A DNA stretch of 64,000 bases from NCBI GenBank assembly GCA_963813335.1, contig CAWEYL010000003.1:448001-512000 (forward strand), in the 5' to 3' direction. Positions 20,525 through 31,071 of this stretch are shown one piece after another (position 1 is the stretch's first letter; each line of letters begins with the position of its first letter). This stretch comes from an uncultured Chloroflexia bacterium (lineage in GTDB: Bacteria; Chloroflexota; Limnocylindria; Limnocylindrales; CSP1-4). The position numbers and the translations under genes are program-made. The notes below the pieces were generated by a model, which ran no database searches, was not told the DNA's origin, and saw only the letters and a list, made by a program, of their open reading frames with translations.

Positions 20525-21159
20525 CGTGGCTGCCGCGCCCGGCGGGTGGGATGCGGGCGTCGGCCGGAGCCTTCGCCCGGGTCGTCGTGCTCGTTGGCCA
20601 TCGTCGCGACGAGCCGGTGGAAGCGCGTCTCGCCGGCCAGCTCCGGGTGGAACGCCGTGGCGATCACGTTGCCCTGGCGGACGGCCACGATCCGGCCGTC
20701 GTCGAGCCGGGCGAGGACGTCCACCGCGGGGCCGACCCGCTCGATCACCGGGGCGCGGATGAAGACCGCGTGGACGGGCGTGTCGCCGAGGATCGGGACG
20801 GCCAGCTCGGCCTCGAACGAGTCGAGCTGGCGGCCGAACGCGTTGCGCTCCACCGACACGTCGAGCAGCGGCAGGATCGGCGGCTCGCCGCCGACGATCT
20901 GGTCGGCCAGGACGATCATGCCGGCACAGGTCCCGAAGATGGGCGTGCCCGCCTCGGCGAGGTCCATGATCGGCTGGCGCAGCCCCCAGCGCTCGATCAG
21001 CTGGCGCATCGTCGTGCTCTCGCCGCCGGGCAGGATCAGCCCGCTGACACCGTCGAGGTCCGCCGGCTCGCGGACGCGCACGCCCTCCACGCCGATGGCG
21101 CGCAGCGTGTCGAGGTGCTCACGAAAGGCGCCTTGAAGGGCGAGGACGCCGATCTTCAC
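20521..21159 (-). CDS. pdxT: Pyridoxal 5'-phosphate synthase glutaminase subunit
   Basis: [39 protein letters not shown]. Confidence 0.96.
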   Translation of the reverse strand: MKIGVLALQGAFREHLDTLRAIGVEGVRVREPADLDGVSGLILPGGESTTMRQLIERWGLRQPIMDLAEAGTPIFGTCAGMIVLADQIVGGEPPILPLLDVSVERNAFGRQLDSFEAELAVPILGDTPVHAVFIRAPVIERVGPAVDVLARLDDGRIVAVRQGNVIATAFHPELAGETRFHRLVATMANEHDDPGEGSGRRPHPTRRARQPR

Positions 21160-21266
21160 AACGGCCTCTCCGAGCGCCGAGGCGACGCTCCTGCGAGCCA
21201 TCGGCGGGAGGATGCAAGGACCCGATCCTCATCGGTCGGCCGTCGTCGGACGCGTTGTCGTGGCCG

Positions 21267-22154
21267 TTACCAGCCGCGGACGGCGAGGCGCTCCTGGTCG
21301 GGGATCTCCTCGAGGGCGATCCCCCGCATCGGGGCTCCCAGGCCCTTCGAGACCTCGGCGATCTTCTTCGGGTCGTCGAAGAAGGTGGTCGCCTGGACGA
21401 TCGCGTTGGCCATGCGGGCCGGGTCCTCGCTCTTGAAGATGCCCGAGCCGACGAAGACGCCCTCGGCGCCGAGCTGCATCACGAGCGCCGCGTCCGACGG
21501 GGTGCTGATGCCGCCGGCGACGAAGTTCACGACCGGCAGCCTGCCGTTGGCCGCGACGTCCTTGACCAGGTCGTACGGGGCGCCCAGCTCCTTGGCGGCG
21601 ACGAACAGCTCGTCCTCGCGCATCCCCTGGAGGCGGCGGATCTCGGCGAGCACGTCGCGCAGCTGGTGGACGGCCTCGACGATGTTGCCGGTGCCGGCCT
21701 CGCCCTTGGTCCGCATCATCGCGGCGCCCTCGTTGATGCGCCGCAGGGCCTCGCCGAGGTTCCGGCAGCCGCACACGAACGGGACCTTGAAGGCGTGCTT
21801 GTCGATGTGGTTGTGCTCGTCGGCCGGGGTGAGCACCTCGGACTCGTCGATGTAGTCGACGCCGAGCGCCTCGAGCACCTGCGCCTCGACGAAGTGGCCG
21901 ATGCGCGCCTTGGCCATGACCGGGATGGTCACGGCGTCCATGATCCCCTCGATCATCGAGGGGTCGGACATGCGGGCGACGCCGCCGGCCTTGCGGATAT
22001 CGGCCGGGACGCGCTCGAGCGCCATCACGGCGACGGCGCCGGCATCCTCGGCGACCTTGGCTTGATCGGGCGTGACGACATCCATGATGACGCCGCCCTT
22101 GAGCATCTGGGCCAAGCCCTTCTTGGTGGCCCAGGTGGAGGTCTCGACGGTCAT
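21267..22154 (-). CDS. pdxS: Pyridoxal 5'-phosphate synthase lyase subunit
   Basis: [44 protein letters not shown]. Confidence 0.97.
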   Translation of the reverse strand: MTVETSTWATKKGLAQMLKGGVIMDVVTPDQAKVAEDAGAVAVMALERVPADIRKAGGVARMSDPSMIEGIMDAVTIPVMAKARIGHFVEAQVLEALGVDYIDESEVLTPADEHNHIDKHAFKVPFVCGCRNLGEALRRINEGAAMMRTKGEAGTGNIVEAVHQLRDVLAEIRRLQGMREDELFVAAKELGAPYDLVKDVAANGRLPVVNFVAGGISTPSDAALVMQLGAEGVFVGSGIFKSEDPARMANAIVQATTFFDDPKKIAEVSKGLGAPMRGIALEEIPDQERLAVRGW

Positions 22155-22253
22155 GTGAGCTGGATCCTCTGGTGGTTCTGCGCTCGGTCGTGCCGGCCGG
22201 GTCTGGCCCCGGGGTCCTCGCCCGTTCGAGTCGGCCGGTCTCCCGCGCGCGTC

Positions 22254-22309
22254 TGGATTATGTCACGGGTCTTCGCGTGTCCCACCCCTTGGTCCAGACG
22301 AGTGGTCCA
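22254..22309 (-). promoter_or_regulatory. Putative pdxS promoter (extended -10 TGaCATAAT) with TGGTCCA direct repeats
   Basis: CATAAT on minus strand at 22257-22262, poor -35; TGGTCCA at 22290 and 22303 and TGGATTA at 22254. Confidence 0.4.
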
Positions 22310-22350
22310 TGCGGGCACCACGGGGGGAGTGGCCGGGCGGCCGGGGAGTG

Positions 22351-22390
22351 GCGCGGCGCGACCCGGCGCGGCGCGGCGCGGCGCGGCGCC
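22351..22390. repeat. GCGCG pentanucleotide microsatellite (about 8 units, one variant)
   Basis: gcgcggcgcgacccggcgcggcgcggcgcggcgcggcgcc. Confidence 0.8.
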
Positions 22391-22418
22391 GTAGCCGTGG
22401 CACCTTCCGCCGGCGGAT

Positions 22419-22592
22419 ATGTCACTCATTCATCAGCCGACGCGGAAGGCGCACGGACAAGCCGCGTTCACTGGCCCCGAGACGCCGCGCCCGAGCGTGG
22501 CCAAGCACGATCCGACCTCGGACCAGTCACGATCCCGGCCCCGTCGGACTCCTTGCCGTCTCCCTTGCCCAGAAGATATGAATGAGTGGCAT
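22419..22592. repeat. Nested inverted-repeat cassette
   Basis: ATGTCACTCATTCAT (22419-22433) pairs 14/15 with ATGAATGAGTGGCAT (22578-22592). Weaker inner pair at 22465-22481 and 22517-22531. Confidence 0.65.
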
Positions 22593-22639
22593 CGACGGGG
22601 GAGGAACGGGTCGGACGGAACCTTCGCCGCGGCCCCGAG

Positions 22640-23137
22640 TCACTCCTCCCCGAAGCGGAACCGCGTCATGTCGGTCGGGAACACCGACCAGGCGAACGCC
22701 TTGACCGGGGTCAGCTCCCAGAGCCCGCCCTCGGCCCAGTTCGACTCGCTGGCCTCGTAGCCTTCGGCGGCTCGGTACTTGGCGTAGCCCGCGAGGATCC
22801 GCCCCGCGAGCGGCTGCGCCGGCGCGACCAGCTCGCGCGCGACCCCTTCGACGATGACGACCTCCTTGCCCGACTCGACCTTGACCGCGAGGTTCGGGTT
22901 GGCGCGCAGGTTGCGCTGCCAGCGCGTCGGGCCGCCCTCGACGTACCAGCGGTCGTCGACCCACGCGCCCCAGATCGGGATCATGTGCGGCGCCGCATCG
23001 GCGCCCGCCGTCGCGATCCAGTAGGTGATCGCAGCCTCGAGGCGCTCGCGCGCCCAACTCCAGTCGAGGATCCCGTCGGTCGTCTCGGGGACCCCGTAGC
23101 CGGGGATCCAGGGCCGGTCGGCCCGCGGTGTCGCCAT
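22640..23137 (-). CDS. Pyridoxamine 5'-phosphate oxidase-like split-barrel flavin/F420-binding protein
   Basis: WSWARERLEAAITYWIAT..PHMIPIWGAW..RNLRANP..VVIVEG. Confidence 0.85.
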   Translation of the reverse strand: MATPRADRPWIPGYGVPETTDGILDWSWARERLEAAITYWIATAGADAAPHMIPIWGAWVDDRWYVEGGPTRWQRNLRANPNLAVKVESGKEVVIVEGVARELVAPAQPLAGRILAGYAKYRAAEGYEASESNWAEGGLWELTPVKAFAWSVFPTDMTRFRFGEE

Positions 23138-23147
23138 GACCTCGATG

Positions 23148-23930
23148 CTAGCGCGCGACCGTGCGGACGACCCCGGACATCAGCTTGGTGGCGCGGCGCG
23201 CATTGGCCGGCGACAGGCGCGAGAGCGCTTCGACCAGGCCGATCACGTCGTCGTCGGGCAGCCCGCCGAGCAGGTCGAACAGGCGGAGGATCGTCGAGTC
23301 CGGGATCCGGCCAAGCAGGTTGAGCGAGCGCTCGAGCTCGCGCGGCTCCAGTTGCGGGACGAGGCCCACGGCACGGTCGAACAGCCGGACGAAGACGAGG
23401 AACGCCGCGAGCCAGTCGCGCAGCGTGGCGAGCTCGGTGTCAGCGGGGTTCGCGGCCGCGGCAGCGGCAGCCTCGACCTCCTTGGCCTCGAGCACCGCGA
23501 TGATCGGGTCGCCCTCGCGGACCTTGCGCTCGGCGATGACCCGCCCGAACCACTGCCAGTGGTCGCCGACCGCGAGATAGGCCGTGCCCGCCGGTCCGCG
23601 CCGGCCGACGCGCCGCGGCTCCGGGACGCGCTCGACGATCCCCCACGACTCGGCCTCCGCGAGGGCCAGGCTCGCGGCGCGGTGGCTCAGTCCCAGGGCC
23701 TCGCGGACTTCGCGCTCGGTCAGCGGCTCCTGGCGTGCCATGAGGTAGGCCTGCACCCGGGCGATCGCCGGCGTGACGCCCCACGCCGCACCCATCTCGC
23801 CCCACGCCTCGGCGAGGTCGCGCCGGATGGCCTCGGCGGTGGCGCTGGGGGCGTGGCCGTTGGTCTCGTGATCCACGGATACACCGTCGACGATAACGTG
23901 CGCCTTGACAGTAGCGGGTTTCTCGTCCAT
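23148..23930 (-). CDS. GbsR/MarR-family transcriptional regulator (start uncertain)
   Basis: WGEMGAAWGVTPAIARVQAYL..EPLTEREVREALGLS..ASLALAEAESWGIV. Confidence 0.8.
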   Translation of the reverse strand: MDEKPATVKAHVIVDGVSVDHETNGHAPSATAEAIRRDLAEAWGEMGAAWGVTPAIARVQAYLMARQEPLTEREVREALGLSHRAASLALAEAESWGIVERVPEPRRVGRRGPAGTAYLAVGDHWQWFGRVIAERKVREGDPIIAVLEAKEVEAAAAAAANPADTELATLRDWLAAFLVFVRLFDRAVGLVPQLEPRELERSLNLLGRIPDSTILRLFDLLGGLPDDDVIGLVEALSRLSPANARRATKLMSGVVRTVAR

Positions 23931-23940
23931 AACTTGCTAT

Positions 23941-24785
23941 ATGAGAGTAGCACGACAGGGTCGGGAGAACCGTTGGCGCAGTCGCTGGGCGGGCGCCGCG
24001 GCGGGCATCATCCCGGCCGCGACGCTGACGGCACTCTTCGCCGTGTCGGGCTCGCTCGACTCGGCCGCCGACGGCGTCCGCACGTTCGCCGAGTTCGCGC
24101 TGTGGGGCGGGGCGGTCGGCTGGGTCGTCGGGCCGCTCGCGGTCGGCGGTGGTCGGACCATCCGGATGGCCGTGCCGGCATTCGCGCTCGTCGGACTCGG
24201 CATCGGCGCGGCCCTGGCGGTCGTCCAGGCCGCCCTGGACACGATCGCCACGCACGGTATCGACCCGGTCGCGGTGATCGGGGCGATGGTGGCGCGCGGT
24301 GCCTACGCCGTCGTGTCCACCCTCTACCTGCTCGGTCCGGCGCTCGCCCTCGGGCTGCTGTGGTGGCTGGGCACCCGCCCGCTCCTCGAACGCTCGGTCG
24401 GTGTCCCGGGCACGGCCGGCACGGCAGCGCCGCGGTCACGCACATCGGCGACACGCCGCTGGGCGATCGGGTTCGTGACGGGCCTCTGCGTCGGCGTCAG
24501 CGTGCTGGTGACCGGGATGCTCGGCGCGGTCCTCGGGATCCTGGCCATCCTCCTCCTCGGGATCGAGCCTGAGCGCGCGGCGCCCGTCGGCGGCCTGTTC
24601 ATCGGCTGGGGCATCGGCTGGCTGGCCATCTTCGGCACGGCCTCGGCACGCTGCGGCGACGGCTGCACCTTCCCGGACCTGACGCCCTGGATCGCGACAT
24701 CGTCGGCGCGCTCGCGGTCGGCGTGGTCCTGACGCTGCTCGCCGTGCAACGGCGCGGCTCTGACACGAGGGCAACAACCACATGA
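23941..24785 (+). CDS. Multi-pass membrane protein (frameshift near 24705)
   Basis: Seven to eight hydrophobic segments. The shifted-frame tail ends at the ATGA overlap with the next gene. TTGACA at 23905 upstream. Confidence 0.6.
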
Positions 24786-25684
24786 GGATCGCCATCACCG
24801 GCGGGACCGGCTTCGTCGGCGGCCGGCTCGCCGAGCGCCTCCGCGCGGCCGGGCACGACCCGGTCCTGGTCTCGCGGCGCACCGGCGCGTCACTGACCGA
24901 CGGCGTCGAGGCACTCGCGGCGGCGTTCGATGGCTGCGACGCCGTCGTCCACTGCGCCGGCATCAACCGCGAGATCGGCGAGCAGACCTACGCGGCGGTG
25001 CATGGCAGCGGCACGCAGGCCGTCATCGACGCGGCACGTGCCTCAGGCGTCCGCCGCATCGTGATGCTGAGCTTCCTTCGCGCGCGTCCGGACGGACCGA
25101 CCACGTACCACCGCTCGAAGTGGGCGGCCGAGGAGATCGTCCGCGCCTCCGGCCTGACCCACACGATCCTCAAGGCTGGCGTCGTCTATGGCCGTGGGGA
25201 CCACATGCTCGACCACCTGAGCCACGCATTCCACACGTTCCCCGTCTTCGCACTGGTCGGCATGCACGAACGACCTGTCCGGCCCGTGGCCGTCGACGAT
25301 GTCGCTCGGCTGCTCGAGGCGGCGGCGCTGGGCGATCGACGCCTGGCCGATCGGACGATCGAAGTCCTCGGCCCCGAAACCATGCCGCTTGGCGAGGCCG
25401 TCCGGCGCGTCGCCCGAGTCACCGGTCGCCGGCCGGTCTTCGTGCGCCTCCCGATCGCGGCGCACCTGTTGATCGCCCGCTTCGCCGAGGCGCTGATGCG
25501 GGTCCCGCTGATCTCGATCGCACAAGTCCACATCCTTGCGGAGGGCATCGTCGATGCGGCGCCGTTCGCCGACCAGCCGCCGGCCGACCTGGCGCCGGCC
25601 ACGGCCTTCTCGGACGAGGCGATCCGCGACGGCTTGCCGGAACCGGGTGGGTTCGGGTGCAGCGACCTCAGGTGGGCAGCCTGA
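24782..25684 (+). CDS. NAD(P)H-binding epimerase/dehydratase (atypical SDR, NDUFA9-like)
   Basis: MRIAITGGTGFVG, VVHCAG, YHRSKWAAEE, PVAVDDVA. Confidence 0.88.
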   Translation: MRIAITGGTGFVGGRLAERLRAAGHDPVLVSRRTGASLTDGVEALAAAFDGCDAVVHCAGINREIGEQTYAAVHGSGTQAVIDAARASGVRRIVMLSFLRARPDGPTTYHRSKWAAEEIVRASGLTHTILKAGVVYGRGDHMLDHLSHAFHTFPVFALVGMHERPVRPVAVDDVARLLEAAALGDRRLADRTIEVLGPETMPLGEAVRRVARVTGRRPVFVRLPIAAHLLIARFAEALMRVPLISIAQVHILAEGIVDAAPFADQPPADLAPATAFSDEAIRDGLPEPGGFGCSDLRWAA

Positions 25685-25745
25685 CCATCGCCACGTGCGG
25701 CGTCTGGACGAGACGCGCAACGCGACGCTCGAGGCCGAGGCGGAC

Positions 25746-26252
25746 CTAGCCGCGCCGGTCGATCTCCTCGCGCAACGCCCCGAGGATCTCGAGCTCGATC
25801 AGGTCCTTCGGTCGGCCGGCGGCGCGTTTCATCGCCATCAGGTCCTGGAGGCTGGCGATCTGCACGGCAGCGCCGTGCAGGGTCGTGCCGACGGCGTGCT
25901 CGAGGAGCCGCTGGTAGTCGAATCCGGGATCCGGTGCGGCCAGCAGGTCGAAGTCGCCGTAGCGGGTGGTGAGGGTGAAGAGGCCACCTGCCCGCAGCGT
26001 TCGGGCGTCGAGCGGCGGCATCCGCGGACCATCCGGAGGGAGGCCACGCCGGATGGCAGCGAGCTTCGACAGGGCATCCGCAAGCGCCGACAGGTTGTCA
26101 GGATCGCGGGCGTAGCAGATGTCGATGTCGGCCGTGAGCGACGGTGAGCCATGGGCTTGACTCGCGATGCCACCGATCAGGACGAACCTGACCCCATGAC
26201 GGATCAGGACCTCGAGGATGAGGTCTGGCCTGAAGCGGGGAAGCTCGCTCAT
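25746..26252 (-). CDS. Nucleotidyltransferase (pol-beta superfamily, DUF6036/AbiEii-like), putative toxin
   Basis: FVLIGGIASQAHGSPSLTADIDI and LMAMKRAAGRPKDLIEL motifs; ATGA overlap with the upstream HTH gene. Confidence 0.78.
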   Translation of the reverse strand: MSELPRFRPDLILEVLIRHGVRFVLIGGIASQAHGSPSLTADIDICYARDPDNLSALADALSKLAAIRRGLPPDGPRMPPLDARTLRAGGLFTLTTRYGDFDLLAAPDPGFDYQRLLEHAVGTTLHGAAVQIASLQDLMAMKRAAGRPKDLIELEILGALREEIDRRG

Positions 26253-26575
26253 TCGGCCACCCGGCGGAGACGACGTCGGAACTCCACCATCTCGGTGTCA
26301 TCGGCCATCGACACCGCCAGGCGCTTGGACATCGGAACGTCCAGGCGCTCCTGGATCTGCGACCGGTCCACGCCGATCCCGAGGCGCGGCAGCGATTCGA
26401 GGCCGTAGCCGCATGCCTCGAGCAGGCGATCGAGCGTGCCGACGCGCGGATCCACGCGGCCGCGCTCGATGCGCGCGATCGTCTCCTGCGGGATGCCGGC
26501 TTTCGCGGCCAGCTGCCGCTGGGTCAGCTTCGCGCGCTGCCGCGCCTCTCGGACCATCCGCCCCGCCATCGACAT
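26249..26575 (-). CDS. XRE-family HTH protein, putative antitoxin/regulator
   Basis: VREARQRAKLTQRQLAAKAGIPQETIARIERGRVDPRVGTLDRLLEACG; GGAGG RBS upstream. Confidence 0.85.
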   Translation of the reverse strand: MSMAGRMVREARQRAKLTQRQLAAKAGIPQETIARIERGRVDPRVGTLDRLLEACGYGLESLPRLGIGVDRSQIQERLDVPMSKRLAVSMADDTEMVEFRRRLRRVAE

Positions 26576-26587
26576 CGCTCGATCCTC

Positions 26588-26631
26588 CGTGATGACGTAA
26601 ACATCATCACGTGGCGGGGCCGCGACGTCAA
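26588..26631 (-). promoter_or_regulatory. Promoter (-35 TTGACG, 17 bp, -10 GATGAT) overlapped by palindromic operator CGTGATGA-N8-TCATCACG
   Basis: Perfect 8-bp arms at 26588-26595 and 26604-26611; -35 at 26626-26631, -10 at 26603-26608. Confidence 0.7.
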
Positions 26632-27107
26632 GTGATCGGCAGCGGCACCCATTTGCCGAGCGCGGTCGAGACCGCCACGAACAGCGGCAGCCCCTGGTCG
26701 ATGTCGACCTCGCACGACGCGATCCGCTCGGGGCCGGACGGCGCCGCGAACGTGTAGATGATCTCCTGACCATCGAACGCGGTCGGGCACTGGCCGGTGA
26801 ACGGGTGGCTCCGAAGCCCCGCGAAATCGGTGAGCTTGATCGCAGTGTCGATGGCGGCGACCTGCGCAAGCGGCACCGTCCCGAGGAAGTTCGGCGGCTT
26901 GGCGGCCTCGTGGACGGTTCCGTCGCGCTCGAGGACGACCGTGCGGCCGCACGTCCCCGCCGGGCATTCGCCGCCCCGGAGCTCGACGGTCACCAGCGGC
27001 CCGGCGGCGGTCGGGATGACCGACTCGGCCCCGCAGGCCGACACCGCGATGGCAACGAGCACGAGCACGATGAGCGCCGGGATGGGCGCACGACGACGGA
27101 CCTGCAT
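26628..27107 (-). CDS. Small lipoprotein with four mature-region cysteines
   Basis: [17 protein letters not shown] lipobox; [22 protein letters not shown]. Confidence 0.72.
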   Translation of the reverse strand: MQVRRRAPIPALIVLVLVAIAVSACGAESVIPTAAGPLVTVELRGGECPAGTCGRTVVLERDGTVHEAAKPPNFLGTVPLAQVAAIDTAIKLTDFAGLRSHPFTGQCPTAFDGQEIIYTFAAPSGPERIASCEVDIDQGLPLFVAVSTALGKWVPLPIT

Positions 27108-27161
27108 GGCCGCCCGACGATACGGGACGCCGAGCGGTTCCCGCGACGCTACCCTCATCCC

Positions 27162-28760
27162 ATGCCCGTCCTGCGCAGCCGGCTGGACCCGAACGCCTCG
27201 GAGACGCGCGCCAACCACGAGGCGATGGCGGCGCTGGTCGACGACCTGCGAGCCCGCCAGGCCGCCGTCGCGGGTCGCGGGGCCGGCGGCGACGACCGCT
27301 CGATCGAGCGCCATCGCGAGCGCGGCAAGCTCCCGGTCCGCGAGCGCATCGACCGGCTCATCGACCCGGGATCGGCCTTCCTGGAGCTGAGCCCGCTGGC
27401 CGCCACCGGCCTCTACGACGACGACGCGCCCGGCGCGGGGATCGTCACCGGCATCGGCCGGATCGAGGGCACGACCTGCGTGGTCGTCGCCAACGACGCG
27501 ACGGTCAAGGGCGGCACCTACTACCCGATGACCGTCAAGAAGCACCTCCGCGCGCAGGAGATCGCGCTCGAGAACCGCCTGCCGTGCCTCTACCTCGTCG
27601 ACAGCGGCGGCGCGTTCCTCCCGCTCCAGGCGGAGGTCTTCCCGGACCGCGACCACTTCGGCCGCATCTTCTACAACCAGGCGCGGATGTCCGCCGCCGG
27701 GATCCCGCAGGTCGCGCTCGTCATGGGCAGTTGCACGGCCGGCGGCGCCTACGTCCCCGCGATGAGCGACGAGACCGTCATCGTCAAGGGCACCGGCACG
27801 ATCTTCCTCGGCGGCCCGCCGCTGGTGAAGGCGGCGACCGGCGAGGACGTCACGCCCGAGGAGCTCGGCGGGTCCGCGGTCCACACCCGGCTGTCCGGCG
27901 TCGCCGACCACGAGGCGCTCGACGACGAGCACGCGCTGGCGCTCGGCCGGTCCATCGTGTCGAACCTGAACCGCCGACCGCCGGCGCCGCCCTGGGACCG
28001 CCGCGAGGTCGAGGCACCGGCCGTCGACCCGGCCGGGCTCTACGGCTCGGTCTCGCTCGACCCGCGCCGGCCGGTCCCGGTCCGCGAGATCATCGCCCGG
28101 CTCGTCGACGGCTCGCGCTTCCACGAGTTCAAGCCGCTCTACGGCGACACGCTGGTCACCGGCTTCGCCCACCTCGCCGGCTACCCGGTCGCGATCATCG
28201 CCAACGACGGGATCCTCTTCAGCCAGTCGTCGCTCAAGGGCGCGCACTTCATCGAGCTCGCGTGCCAGCGCCGGATCCCGCTGGTCTTCCTCCAGAACAT
28301 CACCGGGTTCATGGTCGGCCGCGAGTACGAGGAGGCCGGCATCGCCAAGGACGGCGCGAAGCTGGTCACGGCGGTCGCCTCGGCGGAGGTCCCCAAGTTC
28401 ACGGTGCTCATCGGCGGCAGCTTCGGGGCCGGCAACTACGCGATGGCGGGCCGCGCCTACCAGCCGCGGTTCCTGTGGTCCTGGCCGAACAGCCGCATCA
28501 GCGTGATGGGCGGCCAGCAGGCGGCCCGCGTCCTCTCGACGGTCCGGGGCGGGTTCGCCGACGACGCCGAGCGCGACGCCTTCGAGGCGCCGATCCTCGA
28601 GACCTACGAGCGCGAGGGCTCGCCGTACTTCGCGACGGCCCGGCTCTGGGACGACGGGGTCATCGACCCGCTGGACACGCGGCGCATCCTGACGATGGGC
28701 ATCGAGGCGGCGCTCCACGCGCCGATCCCCGAGACCCGCTTCGGGGTCTTCCGGATGTGA
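27162..28760 (+). CDS. liuB: 3-methylcrotonyl-CoA carboxylase, carboxyltransferase (beta) subunit
   Basis: [64 protein letters not shown]. Confidence 0.93.
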   Translation: MPVLRSRLDPNASETRANHEAMAALVDDLRARQAAVAGRGAGGDDRSIERHRERGKLPVRERIDRLIDPGSAFLELSPLAATGLYDDDAPGAGIVTGIGRIEGTTCVVVANDATVKGGTYYPMTVKKHLRAQEIALENRLPCLYLVDSGGAFLPLQAEVFPDRDHFGRIFYNQARMSAAGIPQVALVMGSCTAGGAYVPAMSDETVIVKGTGTIFLGGPPLVKAATGEDVTPEELGGSAVHTRLSGVADHEALDDEHALALGRSIVSNLNRRPPAPPWDRREVEAPAVDPAGLYGSVSLDPRRPVPVREIIARLVDGSRFHEFKPLYGDTLVTGFAHLAGYPVAIIANDGILFSQSSLKGAHFIELACQRRIPLVFLQNITGFMVGREYEEAGIAKDGAKLVTAVASAEVPKFTVLIGGSFGAGNYAMAGRAYQPRFLWSWPNSRISVMGGQQAARVLSTVRGGFADDAERDAFEAPILETYEREGSPYFATARLWDDGVIDPLDTRRILTMGIEAALHAPIPETRFGVFRM

Positions 28761-28798
28761 ATCCGCGGCGTCTCGCCGCGGTCCGCTAGCATCCGCGG

Positions 28799-29567
28799 GT
28801 GCCGACCGTCAGCCGTCTCAGCATCGCGCCCGTGCGCAGCCTCGGGCTGGAGCACCGCGACGAGATCCGCCTCGAGGAGAAGGGCGTCCTCGAGGACCGG
28901 CGGTTCTTCGTCATCGACGCGACGAACCGCCTGATCGACCAGCTGATCGAGGGCACGCTCGTCCAGGTCACGGCGTGGACCGACCCGGAGGCCACGATCC
29001 TGCGGCTCACGTTCCCGGACGGCACGGTCGTCGAGGACGCGGTCGAGCTCGCCGAGCCCATCGTGACCGCGATCCACAAGCGCACCGGGGTGGGCCACGT
29101 CGTGGTCGGGCCGTGGGGTCCGGCCCTCTCCGACTTCCTCGGCCGCGAGGTCCGGTTCGTCCGCTGCGACCAGCCGGGCGGGACGCGCATCGCCCATCCG
29201 GCCTCGCTCGTCACGGACGGCTCGATCGAGGCGCTCGCCGGCGTCCTCGGCGCCGGCGACATCGATGCCCGCCGCTTCCGGATGCTCATCGAGCTCGAGG
29301 GCGGGCGCGCCCACGAGGAGGACACCTGGGTCGGCTGCCGGGTCGCGCTCGGCGAGCGCGATCCTGCGCATCAGCGCGCCCGTGCCGCGCTGCGCGATGA
29401 CCACCCACGACCCGGCGACCGGCCACCGCGACCTCGACACCCTCCGCGCGATCAAGGACTACCGCGGCCTCGTCGACGGCAAGGACCTGATGTTCGGCGT
29501 GTGGGGCGAGGTCGAGCGGCCCGGGACCATCCGCCTCGGCGACCGCGTCCAGGTGCTGCCCGACTGA
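28799..29567 (+). CDS. MOSC-domain protein (frameshift near 29355)
   Basis: LSIAPVRS, DRRFFVID, ARRFRM..HEEDTW, then PRCAMTTHDP...FGVWGEVERPGTIRLGD in the shifted frame. Confidence 0.85.
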
Positions 29568-29591
29568 CCGGCTGCGGCCCGGGGGTCTGAG

Positions 29592-30183
29592 CTAGTCGGT
29601 GCGCTGGCCCGCCTGACCGGGCTGTTCGGTGGCAGCGGCCGGCGCGCCACCGCGGCGGACGAGGACGACCCAGGCGATCGAGGCCAGCGCGATCAGCGGC
29701 GAGACCCGCACCGCCGCGAAGACCCCGTCGCGCAGGACCGCCCCGGCCATGTCCGCGCCCTGGCCGAGCGGGTCCGTGCCGGCCGACCCGTAGATGGCGA
29801 CGACCAGGCTGGTCGCGAGGAACACGCCGAACATCGCCGAGACCACCGCGAAGAACGGGGCGCCGATCCCGATCGCCACCCCGGCGCTGATCGCCGATCC
29901 GCGCGAGCCGAGCGCGGCCGGCGTGAGCGCGGCGCCGAGCAGCGCGAGCCCCGGGAGCGCCATCGACCACCACCCAGACGCCCGCGCCGCCCGGGGCGCC
30001 GAGCCCTTCCGGCGGGGCGACGGAGACCGCGATCGCGACCACGATCCCGAACAGAAGACCGGCCAGCAGCGAGCCGCGGCGGGCGGCCCGGATCAACGCG
30101 AGCCGACGGCCGGTGGGGTCGGGCCGCCAGTTCGGGTCGGTCGGGGCGGTCATCGGCGGTCCGTCGAACTGGTCCTGGTCCAC
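29592..30183 (-). CDS. Membrane protein (frameshift near 29965)
   Basis: About four hydrophobic segments across two frames. GTG start preceded by TAGGCT-N7; alternative ATG at 30153. Confidence 0.55.
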
Positions 30184-30261
30184 GCTCGCGAGCCTAGCAG
30201 CGGCCGCGCGGCGTGGCCCCGTGACGTTCGGTGGGGCCGGATGGGTCGTTAGGATGACGTC

Positions 30262-31071
30262 GTGCCGCACACCGTCCGCCTCGAACGCACCGGCCCGGGT
30301 GGCGTCGTCGCCCGGGTGACGCTGTCGCGGCCCGACGTCCACAACGCCTTCGACGCGACGCTCATCGCCGAGCTGCGGACCGCGTTCGCGATCCTCGCCC
30401 GTGAGGGTCCGGCCACGATGCGCGCCGTCGTCCTGACCGGCGACGGGCCGTCGTTCAGCGCCGGCGCCGACATCAACTGGATGCGCGCCGCGATGTCGCT
30501 CGATGTCGAGGGCAACGAGCAGGACGCGATGGCGATGGCCGACATGCTCGAGACCGTGGACACGTGTCCCGTGCCGGTGATCGCGCGGGTCCACGGCGCG
30601 GCGCTCGGCGGCGGGATGGGGCTGTGCGCCGTCGCGGATCTCGTCATCGCCGAGAGCGGGACCCGGTTCGGCTTCACCGAGACGCGCCTCGGGATCCTGC
30701 CGGCGGTCATCTCGCCGTTCGTCATCGCCAAGATCGGCGAGAGCCACGCGCGGGCGCTGTTCCCGGGCGGCCGCCGCATCGATGCCATCCGCGCCCAGCG
30801 GATCGGCCTGGTGCACGAGGTCGTCGAGGGCGAGGAGGCGCTGGACGCCGCCGTCGACGCGGCCGTCGCGGACCTGCTGCTGGCCGGCCCGACGGCGGCG
30901 CGTGCCGCGAAGGCGATCGTCCGCGAGGTGCGCGGCCTGGGCCACGGATCGTCGAAGTGGCACACGGCGCGGGTCATCGCCCGGCAGCGCGTCAGCGAGG
31001 AGGCGCGCGAGGGCTTCGCCGCCTACGACGAGCATCGACCGCCGTCATGGGCACCCGACAAGGAGACGTGA
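30262..31071 (+). CDS. liuC: Enoyl-CoA hydratase (methylglutaconyl-CoA hydratase-like)
   Basis: RPDVHNAFD, FSAGADI, VHGAALGGGMGL, FTETRLGILPAVISP; context with MCC and HMG-CoA lyase. Confidence 0.88.
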   Translation: MPHTVRLERTGPGGVVARVTLSRPDVHNAFDATLIAELRTAFAILAREGPATMRAVVLTGDGPSFSAGADINWMRAAMSLDVEGNEQDAMAMADMLETVDTCPVPVIARVHGAALGGGMGLCAVADLVIAESGTRFGFTETRLGILPAVISPFVIAKIGESHARALFPGGRRIDAIRAQRIGLVHEVVEGEEALDAAVDAAVADLLLAGPTAARAAKAIVREVRGLGHGSSKWHTARVIARQRVSEEAREGFAAYDEHRPPSWAPDKET

